Part shown: positions 1 to 11,422 of the stretch, in pieces
How the letters are laid out: each line of letters starts with the position of its first letter
Position numbering within the stretch: the first letter of the stretch is position 1
From: an uncultured delta proteobacterium
GTDB lineage: Bacteria; Desulfobacterota; Binatia; Binatales; Binataceae
Assembly (NCBI GenBank): GCA_963796565.1
Contig: CAWCMA010000008.1
Coordinates: forward strand, 74-64,073
Reading direction: 5' to 3'
DNA length: 64,000 bases
The notes under the pieces: generated by a model
Seen by the model: only the letters and a program-made list of their open reading frames with translations
Told to the model about the DNA's origin: nothing
Databases searched by the model: none
Made by a program: the position numbers and the translations under genes

Positions 1-134
1 GAAGGCGCAAGATGACGCGAAATCCTACAGTTCGTCGGATTTTCTGTCTGGCATCCAGACTTGCGGTAATGCTTTCCGCCAAGTTCAGAAACTCTTCGAC
101 GGTAAAACATAACCGAGCAACCGAGCAGGCGATC

Positions 135-437
135 ATGAGCAGGCAAGCAGCAGAAGTTGGACCGCCAGAGAGCGAATATCTGACTGTCCCTGAGATCGCG
201 AAAATTCTTCGACGCAACCGAAAGACCGTCTATGGCTGGATCGAATCCGGTGGGATCGGGGAAGTGGACGGTCTTTTCGTCGTGCAAGGACGTTACTTGA
301 TCCATTGGCCGACGTTCCGAACAAGGCAGTTCAAACCCCGCGTGAAACTACGAGGTCAACTGCCGGAATACTCGGAGGAATCGCAAAATGGCATGGCTGG
401 AAACGGACAGACACGGCCGCCTGAGAATCGGCTTTAA
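135..437 (+). CDS. Excisionase-like helix-turn-helix protein (HTH_17/MerR-like)
   Basis: YLTVPEIAKILRRNRKTVYGWIESG is a typical Xis HTH; overlaps the integrase start; ATG at 135 chosen over the ORF-track start at 12. Confidence 0.75.
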   Translation: MSRQAAEVGPPESEYLTVPEIAKILRRNRKTVYGWIESGGIGEVDGLFVVQGRYLIHWPTFRTRQFKPRVKLRGQLPEYSEESQNGMAGNGQTRPPENRL

Positions 438-1656
438 GTATTACGACGGCCTCAAATGTCGCGAGCCGCTCGGGGTGTCGGCAAACAAGCAGACCATCGC
501 CGAGGCCAGGAGGCTTTGCGCGACGATACAGCTCGAACTCAAGGCGAGAACTTTCGACTATGCCAAGCGATTTCCGGACAGCGACCGGATAAAGCAGCGC
601 GGGATCGAGACGCCAGAGAAAATCCAACCGATCAGCGTCACTGAGCTCGCCGACAGTTGGCTGCTCAGCAAGCAAGGCGAGGTCAAGAAATCGACCCACG
701 GCTACTACAAAGAAGTCGCGGGGATCTTCATTCAGCGCGACGCAATCGGGACGAAAACGGTCTCGGAATTACGTCAGGAAGACATTGACCGCTGGCGCGT
801 ACGGGTTGACGAGAAGCAAACCAAGGCCAACGAACCGCTGAGCACGCGACGGAAGAACATGGCGTGGGATGTCCTGAATCAAATCCTGGAGTTCGCTCGC
901 GTCAGGAAACTGCTCAACGAAGACCTCCTGCTCGGGATGAAGCCATTCAAGGATTCCGGCCAAGCGAACGACGACGATTCCGAACTCTCGGACGAGCCCG
1001 AAGATGCCGAAGTGATGCCGTATAACGCGGATCAGATTGAAGCGATCATCGCGGCGGCCGAGGGCTGGGAACGCGCTCTTGTCACGCTCTATTTCTTTAC
1101 CGGAATTCGACGCGGCGAAGCGCTCGCTCTGACTTGGGACAGGGTCTACCTCGATCGTGACCGGGCACTGATCAACCGCAGCCTCAGTGTCCGCTATGGC
1201 ATCACGACGCCGAAGACAAAGAGCAGCCGGCGCATGATCCAGTACGGTCCAAGGGTTCGCGCGGAGCTGTCGAAGCAACGGGAAAGAGTCCAGCTACGCA
1301 GCAAGTACGTCTTCCCCAATGAGAGCGGCGCTGCGCCCAATGTGCGCTGGGCGACTGACGTGGTGTGGCGCCGGATTCTCACGCGAGCTGAAGTTCCGCA
1401 CAGACCAATCGGGCAGTGCCGTCACAGCTTCGCGGTCTTGGCGCTGAAGCAGCACAAGCCGCTCAACTGGATTCAGCGGCAGATGGGTCATCGCACGCTG
1501 CAAATGTTGTTGAAACATTACTGGCGCTGGATACCGACCGACGATCTTTCTGCAGAAGAAATGTCTTCGCTGGAGAGCGCAGCGGCGCCGTTGGCCTCAA
1601 ATCATGCCCACCCTATGCCCACCCGGCCCGAAACCGGCACCGAAGCGGGCTCGTAA
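388..1656 (+). CDS. Tyrosine recombinase / phage-type integrase with N-terminal arm-binding domain
   Basis: Catalytic motifs TGIRRGE, TPKT, QCRHSFA, QMGH...KHY; N-terminal RLRIGFKY...CREPLG arm-binding-like region; ends 36 bp from the tRNA 3' end. Confidence 0.93.
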   Translation: MAWLETDRHGRLRIGFKYYDGLKCREPLGVSANKQTIAEARRLCATIQLELKARTFDYAKRFPDSDRIKQRGIETPEKIQPISVTELADSWLLSKQGEVKKSTHGYYKEVAGIFIQRDAIGTKTVSELRQEDIDRWRVRVDEKQTKANEPLSTRRKNMAWDVLNQILEFARVRKLLNEDLLLGMKPFKDSGQANDDDSELSDEPEDAEVMPYNADQIEAIIAAAEGWERALVTLYFFTGIRRGEALALTWDRVYLDRDRALINRSLSVRYGITTPKTKSSRRMIQYGPRVRAELSKQRERVQLRSKYVFPNESGAAPNVRWATDVVWRRILTRAEVPHRPIGQCRHSFAVLALKQHKPLNWIQRQMGHRTLQMLLKHYWRWIPTDDLSAEEMSSLESAAAPLASNHAHPMPTRPETGTEAGS

Positions 1657-1691
1657 AACAATGATTCAGATCGGAAAAAACCCAATAAAAC

Positions 1692-1783
<92 letters not shown>

Positions 1784-1907
1784 GCACCTCGAAAAAGGCC
1801 CGGCGAGCTAGATATTTACGCGCTCCTCGTGTGACTGGCAACCTCGCCCTCCGAACCGGCGGTCCCGGGTCGTGCGGTCGATTTGCAGGCTGGCTCCGGC
1901 GTAGCGC

Positions 1908-2146
1908 TTATTGTGGTTGACCGATCCGCGGATAGCTGCGCACATCGCGCTCGAGGCGATCGAGCCCGAGACGTTGCGAGCCGTCGATCAACGGCGTTTG
2001 AGAATTGACGATTCGCAATCCCATGGAGCGAGAACCGCGGCCGTCGCCCACTTTGATGTTCAGCGTTCCGCGACCATCCACGCGACGACCATCATCGCGA
2101 ACACCAGCACGATCGTCAGGCCGTTGGCTTTCAGCCAATTGCGCAC
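1908..2146 (-). pseudogene. Small single-TM protein (~79 aa) broken by a 1-nt frameshift near 2068 (pseudogene or assembly indel)
   Basis: GTG at 2146 after GGAGG gives MRNWLKANGLTIVLVFAMMVVAWMVA; adding one G (gcgga->gcggga) joins it to GTLNIKVGDG...YPRIGQPQ* ending at 1908. Confidence 0.45.
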
Positions 2147-2559
2147 CTGCCGGCGCGCCCTCCGGGCGTTTGGAGGCAAAAAAAAGTAAGACGGGAGGCG
2201 TTTCTGGCTGGAACTCATATGAAAACCGATGCAACTGCTTGGATTGAAAATACCGCGTAACGGCTGCCTATCAAACTACCATGCCCCATTTCGCAAGCCA
2301 ACAAAGCTATTATTAGCGGAATATAGAAAATGTGTCCGAAGCTTCCCAGCACCGTGCCAGATCGGCTCACCTGTCTCTTGCCCGAAGCACCTACCTGCTC
2401 GACTCGGCCGCGGTTTCAGTTGATTCATTAGCCGCGAACAGCCATACGTTCGCCTCCCGTAGCGCCGCACGATGTCACGCTCCGAGGCATCGCTTTTGCT
2501 CTGAATCGAGGCGAGGGCGGATGCGTGCGCCTTTCATAAGCGGCCGCGGCAATTTCCGG

Positions 2560-5500
2560 ATGACGCTACAGATGTCTCAACAGACGAACGGGAACTCGCA
2601 GCGGAGCGAGCGGCCGCAATCCGTCGGTGCGCCGCGCGTTCGCGCGGAGAGTTGGTACGAGCGGATTATGGCAGCGCTGGCACGCGGATCGGAATCAGAC
2701 CTGCGGCAACTCAACGCGTTGCTCCGGACCGGCCTCGGCCTGGTGTTCTTTTTTGAAGTCGCCACCTGGTTGGAGGTCGCACGATTCGAGCCCACCATCC
2801 TCCATTTGGAGCGGCCCTTCTTCATCTTCGATATCGCGCTGGTGGGCGCCACTCTCGGTGTGACCTATTGCAAGTGGTTCAAGCGGAATTGGCGCACGGT
2901 GGCGATGGCGTTCTGTCTCATCCTGATTGCCAGCCGCACCCTGTCGACACTCGCCATCAATCAGGACGTGCCATTGATGCGGGCGCTTTTTGTGCTCATC
3001 TTGAGCACCGCCGTGCTGGTGCCGTGGAACGCACGATGGCAGAGCGTACTCACGCTGGCAGGGGTGATTGCCTTTGTGATCGCGGCGGGTGACGGGGTGG
3101 TCGGGCCGCTAACCACCAATCGATGGCTGGTGCTGGGAGTAATCGCGGCGTTCGCGCTGAGCTTCACGGCGCTGAAGGATCACTATCGAGCCCAGAGCAT
3201 CCTGATCGAAACCCTGTTGGATAAGGAAAAGCGCCTGGCCAAGAGCGAGGCGATGCTGCGCACGCTCTTCGATGCGGTGCCGGACATCGTGACCTTGACC
3301 CGGTTCAGCGACGGCAAAGTAATCGAAACGAATGACGAGCTTCTGAGACGGACCGGGTTGACCCGAGAGCAGGCGTTGTCGACTTCGGTAACCCGAGCCG
3401 GCGCCTGGGTGCGTCCGGAGGAGCGCGACGAGTACATCCGGCAACTGAAGCAGACGGGTCGGGTGCGCAACCTGGAAGTGGATTTTCGGCTCAATGGGGT
3501 GGTCGCGCCGTATCTCATGTCATCGGTCGTGGTCGAGATCGAGGGCGAGCTTTATGCCCTCAACGTCGCGCGCGATGCCGCCAGCGTAAAGGAAAATGAA
3601 CGCGCGCTGCGCGAGGCGCAGGAGCGTCTCAGTGCGCAGGTCGAGGAGTTGACCGCGACCCAGAAGCGCCTGCGGGCCGAAGTCGCCGAGCGCGAAGCCG
3701 CCCAGCGCGTCGCCGACGAACGCGAGACCACCGTGCGCAAGGTTTTCGAAGCCAGCCCCGACAGCATCACGGTCTCCAGCCGGAACGATTTCCGGCTGAT
3801 CCAGGCCAACAGCGCATTTTTTCACGAGACGGGGTACTCGCCGCAGGAGGTTCTCGGCCGGCAGGTCTACACGAAGTTCTGGGCCAACCCTGCCCAGCGC
3901 GAGCAACTCAAACAGGCGCTGGATCGCGACGGCTTCGCGCACAATGTGCAGGCCGACCTCACAATGAAGGACGGATCCATCAATTCCTATCTGCTATCCG
4001 CGGTGGCGGCTGAGGTGAACGGTGAGCCGTGCAGGGTGTCCTTCTGGCGCAACGTTACGGAGGCCAAACGTGCGGCGCAGCGGGTCGCCGACAGCGAAGC
4101 GATACTGCGCAGGACGTTCGACGCCATCCCCGACATCGTGCTCACGCGCTGTGGGGACACGGTGACCGACGTGAACGAGGAATACGTAAAGCGCGCCGGC
4201 GTGACTCGCGCCCAGGTGCTGGGACGCCCGGTCAAGGAGGCCACCCTTTTTTTTCGCGCCGAGGACCGCGAGGAGTTTCTTCGCCGAATACGCGCCGACG
4301 GCACCGTCCGCAATTTCCAGGCCGACTTCAAGATCAAAGGTGCCGCAGTGCCGTATCTCGTCTCCGGGGCGATGGTCGAAACCGAGGGCGGACCGATGAT
4401 CTTCAGCATCGCGCGCGACATTTCCTCCCGTATCGAGATGGAACGCGAGCTGGTCGCCGCCCGCGAGACGGCGCTCGACGCGTCACGGGCCAAATCCGAG
4501 TTTCTCTCCAGTATGTCGCACGAGATTCGCACCCCGATGAACGCGATCCTCGGAATGGCGGACCTGCTGAGCGACGGCGCGCTCGACCCCGAACAGCGCC
4601 GCTACGTCGACACCATGCGCTCCAACGGCAACGCCCTGCTGCGCCTGATCAACGACATCCTCGACGTCGCCAAGATCGAAAGCGGCCACCTGAGCCTGGA
4701 GTCGGTGAGCTTCGACCTCGAAGACACGGTCGGCAAGGCGATCGAAACGATGAGTCTGCGCGCGCACGCCAAGGGCCTCGAGCTCACTGCGCGCATCCTG
4801 CCCCACGTGCCGCCGAATCTGATCGGCGATCCGTTGAGACTGCGCCAAATTCTAATCAACCTGGCCGCCAACGCGGTCAAATTCACCGACCAGGGCGAGG
4901 TGGCGCTCAGGGTCGAGAGCCTCTCGCCGGCCGAGGCCCTGCGTCTCGGCTTTGCGGCCAACGCGGCCGAAGACGGCGGTGCGGCCGCTCCCGTCGCATG
5001 GCTGCGCTTCTCGGTGGCCGACAGTGGCATCGGAATCGCCGCGGATAAGCTCGGCGCGATCTTCTCCAGCTTTACCCAGGCCGACGCCTCGGTTTCGCGC
5101 CGCTTCGGCGGCTCCGGATTAGGGCTTACGATCGTGCGGCGTCTGAGCGAGATGATGGGCGGCCGGGTCGAGGTCGAGAGCGAAGTTGGCCACGGTTCGA
5201 TTTTTCGCGTCACCGTCGCCTTGCGGGTCGACACCCGGCCGCGGTCGGCTCAGCGCGGCGCAGCCCTCAACCTGGACGGCGTCCGCATACTCGTCGTCGA
5301 CGACAACGAGACCAATCGGCTTATTCTGCGCGAGATGCTGGTGCGCAACCGCGCCCTGGTAACCGAGGCCGCCGACGGTGCGGCGGCGCTCGCGGAACTC
5401 GCGCGCGCCCGCGCGGAGGGTCGTCCGTACAGGCTGATGCTGCTCGACTATCGGATGCCGGGCATGGACGGAGTGGAGGTCGCGCGCAAAGCGATCGACG

Positions 5501-6201
5501 GCGGCTTGGCACAGGCGTCCGAAGGCGGCCACGACACCACAATCCTGATGCTGACCTCTGACGACCTGAACTTCAGGCTCGCCCGGATGCGTGAGGCGGG
5601 CCTGCGCACTTATCTGATCAAGCCGATCAAGCGCGCCGAGTTGCTTGAGAAGATCGGCAACCTGCTGAACGGTACCGGCGTCCGACAATCGCTCCCGGAG
5701 CCGACCGAACCGGCGGCGGCGCCTGGCGACGCGCTTGCGCTCCGGATCCTGCTCGCCGAGGATGCGCCCGACAATCGGTTTCTCATTCAGGCCTACCTGA
5801 AGCCGCTTCCCTATCAGATCGACGTCGCCGAAAACGGCCGCGTCGCGATCGAGAAATTCAAGGCCTCGCGCCCCGACCTGGTGCTGATGGACGTACAGAT
5901 GCCCGAGGTCGACGGGCTGGCCGCCACGCGCGCGATCCGGCAGTGGGAGAGCGAGCACGGCCTCTCACCGACGCCGATTATCGCGATCACCGCTTCAGCG
6001 CTCGAAGACGATGTCGTCCGCAGCCTTTCCGCCGGCTGCGACGAGCACGTCAGCAAGCCGGTCAAGAAGCCGGTGCTGCTGGCCGCGATTCGCAAGGCGC
6101 TAGAGATGCGCTCGGCCGCAGTAGCTGAACGGGAGCAGCCGGCCGCCGCGAGTCCGCAAGCGCCCCGCGAGTCGGCCGTGGAGGATACGCCGCTTGCCTA
6201 G
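2560..6201 (+). CDS. Membrane-bound hybrid sensor histidine kinase (TM region, three PAS, HisKA, HATPase, two receiver domains)
   Basis: [17 protein letters not shown]-box, [15 protein letters not shown]-box, DSGIGI, GGSGLGL, two REC domains (LVVDDN...LLD; LLAED...LMD); start uncertain (2521/2560/2572). Confidence 0.95.
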   Translation: MTLQMSQQTNGNSQRSERPQSVGAPRVRAESWYERIMAALARGSESDLRQLNALLRTGLGLVFFFEVATWLEVARFEPTILHLERPFFIFDIALVGATLGVTYCKWFKRNWRTVAMAFCLILIASRTLSTLAINQDVPLMRALFVLILSTAVLVPWNARWQSVLTLAGVIAFVIAAGDGVVGPLTTNRWLVLGVIAAFALSFTALKDHYRAQSILIETLLDKEKRLAKSEAMLRTLFDAVPDIVTLTRFSDGKVIETNDELLRRTGLTREQALSTSVTRAGAWVRPEERDEYIRQLKQTGRVRNLEVDFRLNGVVAPYLMSSVVVEIEGELYALNVARDAASVKENERALREAQERLSAQVEELTATQKRLRAEVAEREAAQRVADERETTVRKVFEASPDSITVSSRNDFRLIQANSAFFHETGYSPQEVLGRQVYTKFWANPAQREQLKQALDRDGFAHNVQADLTMKDGSINSYLLSAVAAEVNGEPCRVSFWRNVTEAKRAAQRVADSEAILRRTFDAIPDIVLTRCGDTVTDVNEEYVKRAGVTRAQVLGRPVKEATLFFRAEDREEFLRRIRADGTVRNFQADFKIKGAAVPYLVSGAMVETEGGPMIFSIARDISSRIEMERELVAARETALDASRAKSEFLSSMSHEIRTPMNAILGMADLLSDGALDPEQRRYVDTMRSNGNALLRLINDILDVAKIESGHLSLESVSFDLEDTVGKAIETMSLRAHAKGLELTARILPHVPPNLIGDPLRLRQILINLAANAVKFTDQGEVALRVESLSPAEALRLGFAANAAEDGGAAAPVAWLRFSVADSGIGIAADKLGAIFSSFTQADASVSRRFGGSGLGLTIVRRLSEMMGGRVEVESEVGHGSIFRVTVALRVDTRPRSAQRGAALNLDGVRILVVDDNETNRLILREMLVRNRALVTEAADGAAALAELARARAEGRPYRLMLLDYRMPGMDGVEVARKAIDGGLAQASEGGHDTTILMLTSDDLNFRLARMREAGLRTYLIKPIKRAELLEKIGNLLNGTGVRQSLPEPTEPAAAPGDALALRILLAEDAPDNRFLIQAYLKPLPYQIDVAENGRVAIEKFKASRPDLVLMDVQMPEVDGLAATRAIRQWESEHGLSPTPIIAITASALEDDVVRSLSAGCDEHVSKPVKKPVLLAAIRKALEMRSAAVAEREQPAAASPQAPRESAVEDTPLA

Positions 6202-6530
6202 AGGCTGCGGCCGTCGAACGGCTCGACCTTCAGCGTCGTCAGGTCAACGCCCTCGAGGCAGCGGGCGTTGACGTATACGCCGTCGGGAGAAGAGATAAAC
6301 GGCGCGCATCCGCAGATGGGGCAGAAATGATGCTTCACCGTGCCGCTCTTGAAGGTGTAGGTGGCAAGGTTGGACTCCGGCGTAATCAGCCGCAGTTTCT
6401 CGCGCGGTACGCCCCAGTGCAAATAGCCGCGCATGGTGCAGATCGAGCAGTTGCAGTCCATCACTTTTTTCAGGTCGCCTTCGACCTCGAACTTGTTTCG
6501 TCCGCAATGGCATCCGCCGCTGTATGTCAT
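6198..6530 (-). CDS. GFA/CENP-V family zinc protein
   Basis: [10 protein letters not shown]...CNCSIC...HHFCPICG...VNARCL. Confidence 0.92.
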   Translation of the reverse strand: MTYSGGCHCGRNKFEVEGDLKKVMDCNCSICTMRGYLHWGVPREKLRLITPESNLATYTFKSGTVKHHFCPICGCAPFISSPDGVYVNARCLEGVDLTTLKVEPFDGRSL

Positions 6531-6620
6531 GGCCGAACCTCCCAAATGCCGGTGGCTTTTTGCCTCGTACCATCCCGTCCCGGCGCTGACAAGTGCGCCG
6601 CCGCGCGCGCGGCGATCGAT

Positions 6621-6656
6621 CCTGCTCGCTTGCCTGCTCGCTTGCCTGCTCGCCTG
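6621..6656. repeat. 12-bp tandem repeat CCTGCTCGC(T/C)TG x3
   Basis: Read directly; lies in the divergent intergenic region between the GFA and M20 genes. Confidence 0.85.
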
Positions 6657-6699
6657 CGCTACACAGCCGCGCCGGTGATCGGATAGACTCGTCGCACCG

Positions 6700-8004
6700 G
6701 TGAGTTCTATCGCGCAAGACCGATCGCTGCGGACGCCGTGGGACAGCTTCGAGACCGAGGTGCTGGAGTACCTGCGCGCGCTCATCCGCCTCGACACCAC
6801 CAATCCGCCCGGCCACGAACGCCTCGCAACCGATTTTTTGGCCGCCACCTTGGGCGCCGAGGGCATCGCGTCCGTGGTGCTCGAGAAAGAGCCGGTCCGC
6901 GCCAATCTGGTGGCGCGTCTTAAGGGCGGCGGCGACGGCGCGCCGCTGATGCTGTCCTCGCACACGGACGTCGTGCCCGTCGAGGCCGCGCGATGGAGCC
7001 GCGCGCCGTTCGGTGCCGAGGTGGCCGAGGGTTGCGTGTGGGGCCGCGGCGCGATCGACATGAAGTCCAAGGGTGCGATGGACCTGGGCCTGATGCTTGC
7101 GCTCGGTCGGGCCGGCGTGGCGCTCAACCGCGACCTGGTGCTGGCGGCGGTGGCCGACGAGGAGGCCGGCTCGGAACTCGGGGCCCGCTTCCTGGTCGAG
7201 CATCATCCGGATCTGGTGCGCGCGGGATGGGTGCTGAACGAGGCCGGCGGGTTCACTTTGCATCTTGGCGCGCGCCGCTATTATCCGATCCAGGTCGCCG
7301 AGAAGGGCTACGTGACGGTGCGGATGACGGTCAGCGGGCCGCCCGGTCACGGCTCGATCCCGCGCTCCGACAGCGCGATCGCCGCCCTGGCGGAGCTCGT
7401 GGTACGGATCCATCGGACCCCGATGCGGCTGCGGGTGACGCCGCTGATGCGGCGCACGCTCGACGAGCTTGGGCTCGAGCCGCAAAGCGCACCGCCGCTG
7501 TTTCGCGCGATGATGGCCAACACCGTCTCGCCCACCATCCTGCGCGCCGGCTACAAGGACAACGTCATCCCGGGCGAAGCCTCGGTGGTGCTTGACGGCC
7601 GCACGCTGCCGGGCGAGACGGCCGAGAGCCTGCTCGGCGAGTTGCGCGAGATCGTGGGACCGGGGCCCGCGTTCGAGGTGCTCAGGTGCGCGCCGCCGGC
7701 CGAGGGCAGCGCGGACACGCCGCTCTTTCGGCTAATCGCGCATCATGTCGAGCTGGCCGATCCGGGTGCGCGGGCGATCGCCTGGATGCTGCCGGGGGCG
7801 ACTGACAGCAAGTTCTACGCGCAGCTCGGCGCGACCTGCTATGGGTTTGCGCCGGTCCGCATCGGTCCGCGGATGCCGTACGGGGCGCTCTACCACGGCA
7901 ACGACGAGCGCATCCCGGTCGACGGCTTTCTATGGGGGCTGCGGCTCTACGCGGAGGTGGTGCTGAATTTTCTGGGCCTGCGCTTCGATCAGGTTTTCAA
8001 TTAG
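6700..8004 (+). CDS. M20/M25/M40 family metallo-hydrolase (peptidase/deacylase)
   Basis: [30 protein letters not shown] motifs. Confidence 0.93.
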   Translation: MSSIAQDRSLRTPWDSFETEVLEYLRALIRLDTTNPPGHERLATDFLAATLGAEGIASVVLEKEPVRANLVARLKGGGDGAPLMLSSHTDVVPVEAARWSRAPFGAEVAEGCVWGRGAIDMKSKGAMDLGLMLALGRAGVALNRDLVLAAVADEEAGSELGARFLVEHHPDLVRAGWVLNEAGGFTLHLGARRYYPIQVAEKGYVTVRMTVSGPPGHGSIPRSDSAIAALAELVVRIHRTPMRLRVTPLMRRTLDELGLEPQSAPPLFRAMMANTVSPTILRAGYKDNVIPGEASVVLDGRTLPGETAESLLGELREIVGPGPAFEVLRCAPPAEGSADTPLFRLIAHHVELADPGARAIAWMLPGATDSKFYAQLGATCYGFAPVRIGPRMPYGALYHGNDERIPVDGFLWGLRLYAEVVLNFLGLRFDQVFN

Positions 8005-8026
8005 TGCCGTACTACGAGAAGCCGCA

Positions 8027-8470
8027 TTACAACAACCTCGCCGCCGCGCTATTTTTGGTCGCTTTCTTCGAAGGTTTCGATTTGCCAGAACTGTTGAGGG
8101 CGACCGCTTGGCGAACGAGCGCCTTGAAGGCGGACTCGTCAACTTTTTCCCCTTCGTGGATGTCGATCGCGCGGCGTACGTTGCCGTCGAGACTCGAATT
8201 GAAGAGACCGGCCGGGTCCTTCAGAGACGCGCCCTTGGCGAAGGTAAGCTTCACGACCTTCTTGTAGGATTCGCCAGTGCAGATGATGCCGTCGCGCGAC
8301 CAAACCGGAGTGCCCATCCACTTCCACTCCTCGACGACATCCGGGTCGGCTTGCTTGATGAGCTTGCGCATTCTGCCGAGGGTTTCCCCGCGCCAGTCCC
8401 CGAGTTCGGCGATTCTTTTCGAGATGAGCTCCGATGCCGACTGGCCCTGGCTCGCGCCCGACTTTTTCAT
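8027..8470 (-). CDS. DUF1801 domain protein
   Basis: LGDWRGETL...[13 protein letters not shown]...[13 protein letters not shown]...[15 protein letters not shown]. Confidence 0.88.
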   Translation of the reverse strand: MKKSGASQGQSASELISKRIAELGDWRGETLGRMRKLIKQADPDVVEEWKWMGTPVWSRDGIICTGESYKKVVKLTFAKGASLKDPAGLFNSSLDGNVRRAIDIHEGEKVDESAFKALVRQAVALNSSGKSKPSKKATKNSAAARLL

Positions 8471-8664
8471 GATCTCATCCTGGAAATTCCGGATCTTTCG
8501 TCTGCAAGACAATGGAGGATAGTCATGAAAGTTAATACGAGGAAACGCAGAAGAGAAGCGACGTTCGGCACTTACTCAGTCGATGCCCACCCAACTTTTC
8601 CTAAAAACACCGGGGAAAGGTCAGAAAGCCTTGAGCGCAGACAAGTGATTAACTACTCGGAATC

Positions 8665-10167
8665 CTAGTCGATCGAATTGGGGTTGTCGCCGTTCGGCTC
8701 GCTCGCGCCCGACGGCTGTTGTTGCTCGGGCGTAAACGTGACCAGCAGACGCGCCGGAGCGATGAGCGGCACCACCGCGAAACGCGACACCGGTGACGTG
8801 TTCACGGTCACCGTGGTCCCGCCGGCGTCGGTCTGGATATCGCAATCGTGGAAGATCGAGCGGTCGAACACCATGTGAGTCGCAAGGCCGCTGGCGAGCT
8901 TGGTCTCCTTCAGCCGAATCGTCAGGGTGGATGAGTTGGAGCCGCCCTGGAGCTGATTTTCGAAAGCCACCGGGCCCGTCAGATCGAAGATTACCGACAG
9001 TGGCGGGTTGGCCGAGGAGAGCCTGATTTTGTTGAGCGTGGCGGGACCGGTCCGCGCCGTGGTGTTCATCGCGCCGGCTGCCGCGGCGCTGACAGGAGCC
9101 GCAGCCCCCGCGGCGGGTGCGCCCTCGGCGGCCGCACCTGATGAAACGGAGCCGGGCGCGGCATCAGCAGGCCCGCCATCGGTGGACGCTACCGAACCTG
9201 CTGAACCTGCCGAATCTACCGAACCTGCCGAGCCTGGGGAGGCGTCGGCATCAGGCGACGCCGGTTGCGATGGCGGCGCCTTGAGGATTGGGATCGGAGC
9301 ATACGCGCCTGGGTCCGAAGCGGACGCCAGCGTCGTATCGTCGCTCTGGCGCACCTTCACCTGATCGGTGTCGCCGAATCCGCTCTCGGTCAGCACCAGA
9401 TGCAGTGGATCCTCTTCAGTGTCGACCGGCTGGTGCAGTTTCTTGAGTTCGTACTTGGCCTTGTTGGCGTAAATCGTGCCGGGGTAGTGCAGCACGACCG
9501 CGGTGAAGGCCTGCGCGGCAGAATACTTTTTGCCTTCCTTCTCCAGTGTGGTGCCGAGCTGGTAGAGCGCGGCGTCGCCCACCGGAGTGTCGGGCCATTT
9601 CTGCATCAACTCGGCCAGGCGCGATTCGGCGGCGCGAAAGTTCGCCCGCTTGTAGTAGAAATTTCCGATCAAGAGCTGATGGCGCGCGAGCATCTCGCGG
9701 CAGACGGAAATCTGTTGATGGGCCAGTGCGGCGAAGCCCGTCTCAGGATAGCGCCGTTCGATTATCTCGAACTGCTGCAGCGCCTGCTCAGTGTTGGTCT
9801 GATCCTGATCGGGGCGGCCGATCTGGTCGTAGTGCGCCATCGCCAGGTAGTACGACGCGATCTCGCTCTGCTTGCTGGTCGGATGCATCTTCTCGAAGTC
9901 GCCCAGCGAAGCGATCGCCTCGGCGTAGTGCCCGAGCTGATACTGGGAGAGCCCGATCTTGAGTTCGGCGTCTTCGGCGTAGGGGCTGAAGGGGTATTGG
10001 TCGATCAGCTTCTGAAAATAAATGGCCGAGCCCCTGTAATCGTGGGTGGCAAAGGCCTGCTGTCCCAGCGCGTAATAGTTCTCGCCGGTTGGGGTCTGCT
10101 GATGCGCGGCACAGGCCGACATGCAGAGCGCAAGACAAGCCGCCAGTACGAAGGTCCAACGTCGCAT
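8665..10167 (-). CDS. bamD: Outer membrane protein assembly factor BamD with low-complexity linker and extra C-terminal beta-domain
   Basis: Lipobox-like MSAC; TPR segments YPFSPYA...[11 protein letters not shown]...RYP...[12 protein letters not shown]. Confidence 0.85.
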   Translation of the reverse strand: MRRWTFVLAACLALCMSACAAHQQTPTGENYYALGQQAFATHDYRGSAIYFQKLIDQYPFSPYAEDAELKIGLSQYQLGHYAEAIASLGDFEKMHPTSKQSEIASYYLAMAHYDQIGRPDQDQTNTEQALQQFEIIERRYPETGFAALAHQQISVCREMLARHQLLIGNFYYKRANFRAAESRLAELMQKWPDTPVGDAALYQLGTTLEKEGKKYSAAQAFTAVVLHYPGTIYANKAKYELKKLHQPVDTEEDPLHLVLTESGFGDTDQVKVRQSDDTTLASASDPGAYAPIPILKAPPSQPASPDADASPGSAGSVDSAGSAGSVASTDGGPADAAPGSVSSGAAAEGAPAAGAAAPVSAAAAGAMNTTARTGPATLNKIRLSSANPPLSVIFDLTGPVAFENQLQGGSNSSTLTIRLKETKLASGLATHMVFDRSIFHDCDIQTDAGGTTVTVNTSPVSRFAVVPLIAPARLLVTFTPEQQQPSGASEPNGDNPNSID

Positions 10168-10258
10168 AGTAGGAAACACTGGTCAGGTTAAACGGTGGGT
10201 GATCTCAAGGCAAGCTCGATCCGAGACAGATGCCAACAGTGGGAGAGGGAGAAACACG

Positions 10259-10894
10259 CTACGTTATCGCAAAGGATGCGGAGAATACCGCCTTGCCCTG
10301 GGCTAGGTATTTCAGCCCGAAGCCCGAGGCTCGCGCGCCCGGCGCCGCGACTTCGATCCGGCGAAAGCCCGCGCCCGCGAGCATCGCGAACATTTCCATC
10401 GCGTAGGGCTCGACGTCGGTTGCCACGTGGACGATCGCTCCGGGCGCGAGCACGCGCTTCAGGCGCTGGGCAAAGCCGATGGAGAACATCCTATGCTTCT
10501 GTTGCGAGAGCGTCAGCCAAGGGTCGGGAAAATAAACGTGGCACGCGCTCAGGCTCTCCGCCGGCAGCATCAGGTTGACCAGCGTGCGCGCGTCCATCCG
10601 GGCCACGCGCAGATTGCCGAGTCCGCGGCGCGCCGCGCGCAGCGCCAGCACTCGCGCGACCGAGGCCGCCAGTTCGACGGCGAGGAAGTCGCGCTCGGGA
10701 CGCTGGGCCGCGTACTCGATGATGAAGTCGCCGCGCCCGGCGCCCAGCTCGATTTCCAGCGGCGCGCGCCGTCCGAAGAGATGCTCGGGATCGATCGCAT
10801 AGAGAGGTCCGTCTTCGTCGACCAGCACGCGCATCGCGAGCGCGCGCTTTTCCGGATCGCGCCACATGCGCGCCGCTTTGCGCAACCGTGCCAT
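10259..10894 (-). CDS. trmB: tRNA (guanine-N7)-methyltransferase
   Basis: LEIELGAGRG, YFPDPW...KHR, HVATD motifs. Confidence 0.9.
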   Translation of the reverse strand: MARLRKAARMWRDPEKRALAMRVLVDEDGPLYAIDPEHLFGRRAPLEIELGAGRGDFIIEYAAQRPERDFLAVELAASVARVLALRAARRGLGNLRVARMDARTLVNLMLPAESLSACHVYFPDPWLTLSQQKHRMFSIGFAQRLKRVLAPGAIVHVATDVEPYAMEMFAMLAGAGFRRIEVAAPGARASGFGLKYLAQGKAVFSASFAIT

Positions 10895-10963
10895 CAGCGT
10901 GCGGTTAGAGTGACGCCCGAGTTGTGCAAGTTGTGCAAGTTGTGTCGGTCCGGGCCACGGCTC

Positions 10964-11043
10964 AGTCGGTGCGCGCCATGAAATCCTTCACCCGCTGCAC
11001 CAGCGGCGCCAGGTCGGTGTTGTCGACCAGCGCACTGGCCATC
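10964..11043. repeat. 80-bp direct repeat copy 1 (displaced 3' end of hpaB; att-like)
   Basis: Identical to 13700-13779 except one synonymous base; has its own TGA stop at 10962-10964 (minus strand). Confidence 0.95.
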
Positions 11044-11280
11044 GTGTTGCGGACTCGTGTGTGCATTCGTTTCGGCGGAGTTGCCGGCAATTCGGCATTG
11101 TCTTTGCCTTATCGCTGGTAATATACGTCATCGGCGCACGTCTTCAAGGGAAGGAATGCGGCAAACGCTGGTCCCTCCCGTGCCCTTTCCGCCGGCAAAA
11201 CGGGAAAATGCCGCGAGCGTCCTGGCACGAGCCTTCGACGACCGTCGGGACGGAAAAATAAGTGAACAAGTTCAACAAAC

Positions 11281-11420
11281 ATTACGGATCACCTGACGAA
11301 CCGCGGGCATATCAAGGTTGCGCAGCGCATGGCCGGACACTCGAACGCTAGGACTACTGGACTTTACGACCGGCGCAACGATGACATCAGCGTGGGGGAA
11401 TGCGAGAGGATCGGGATTAG
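11281..11420 (+). pseudogene. C-terminal remnant of a tyrosine recombinase
   Basis: ITDHLTNRGHIKVAQRMAGHSNARTTGLYDRRNDDISVGECERIGI contains the GH...TT..Y catalytic end; no N-terminal part. Confidence 0.8.
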
Positions 11421-11422
11421 AA

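Noticed and set aside
6198-7127. 309-aa version of the GFA protein
   Set aside because: The N-terminal extension overlaps the M20 gene and a tandem repeat; the real start is [10 protein letters not shown] at 6530
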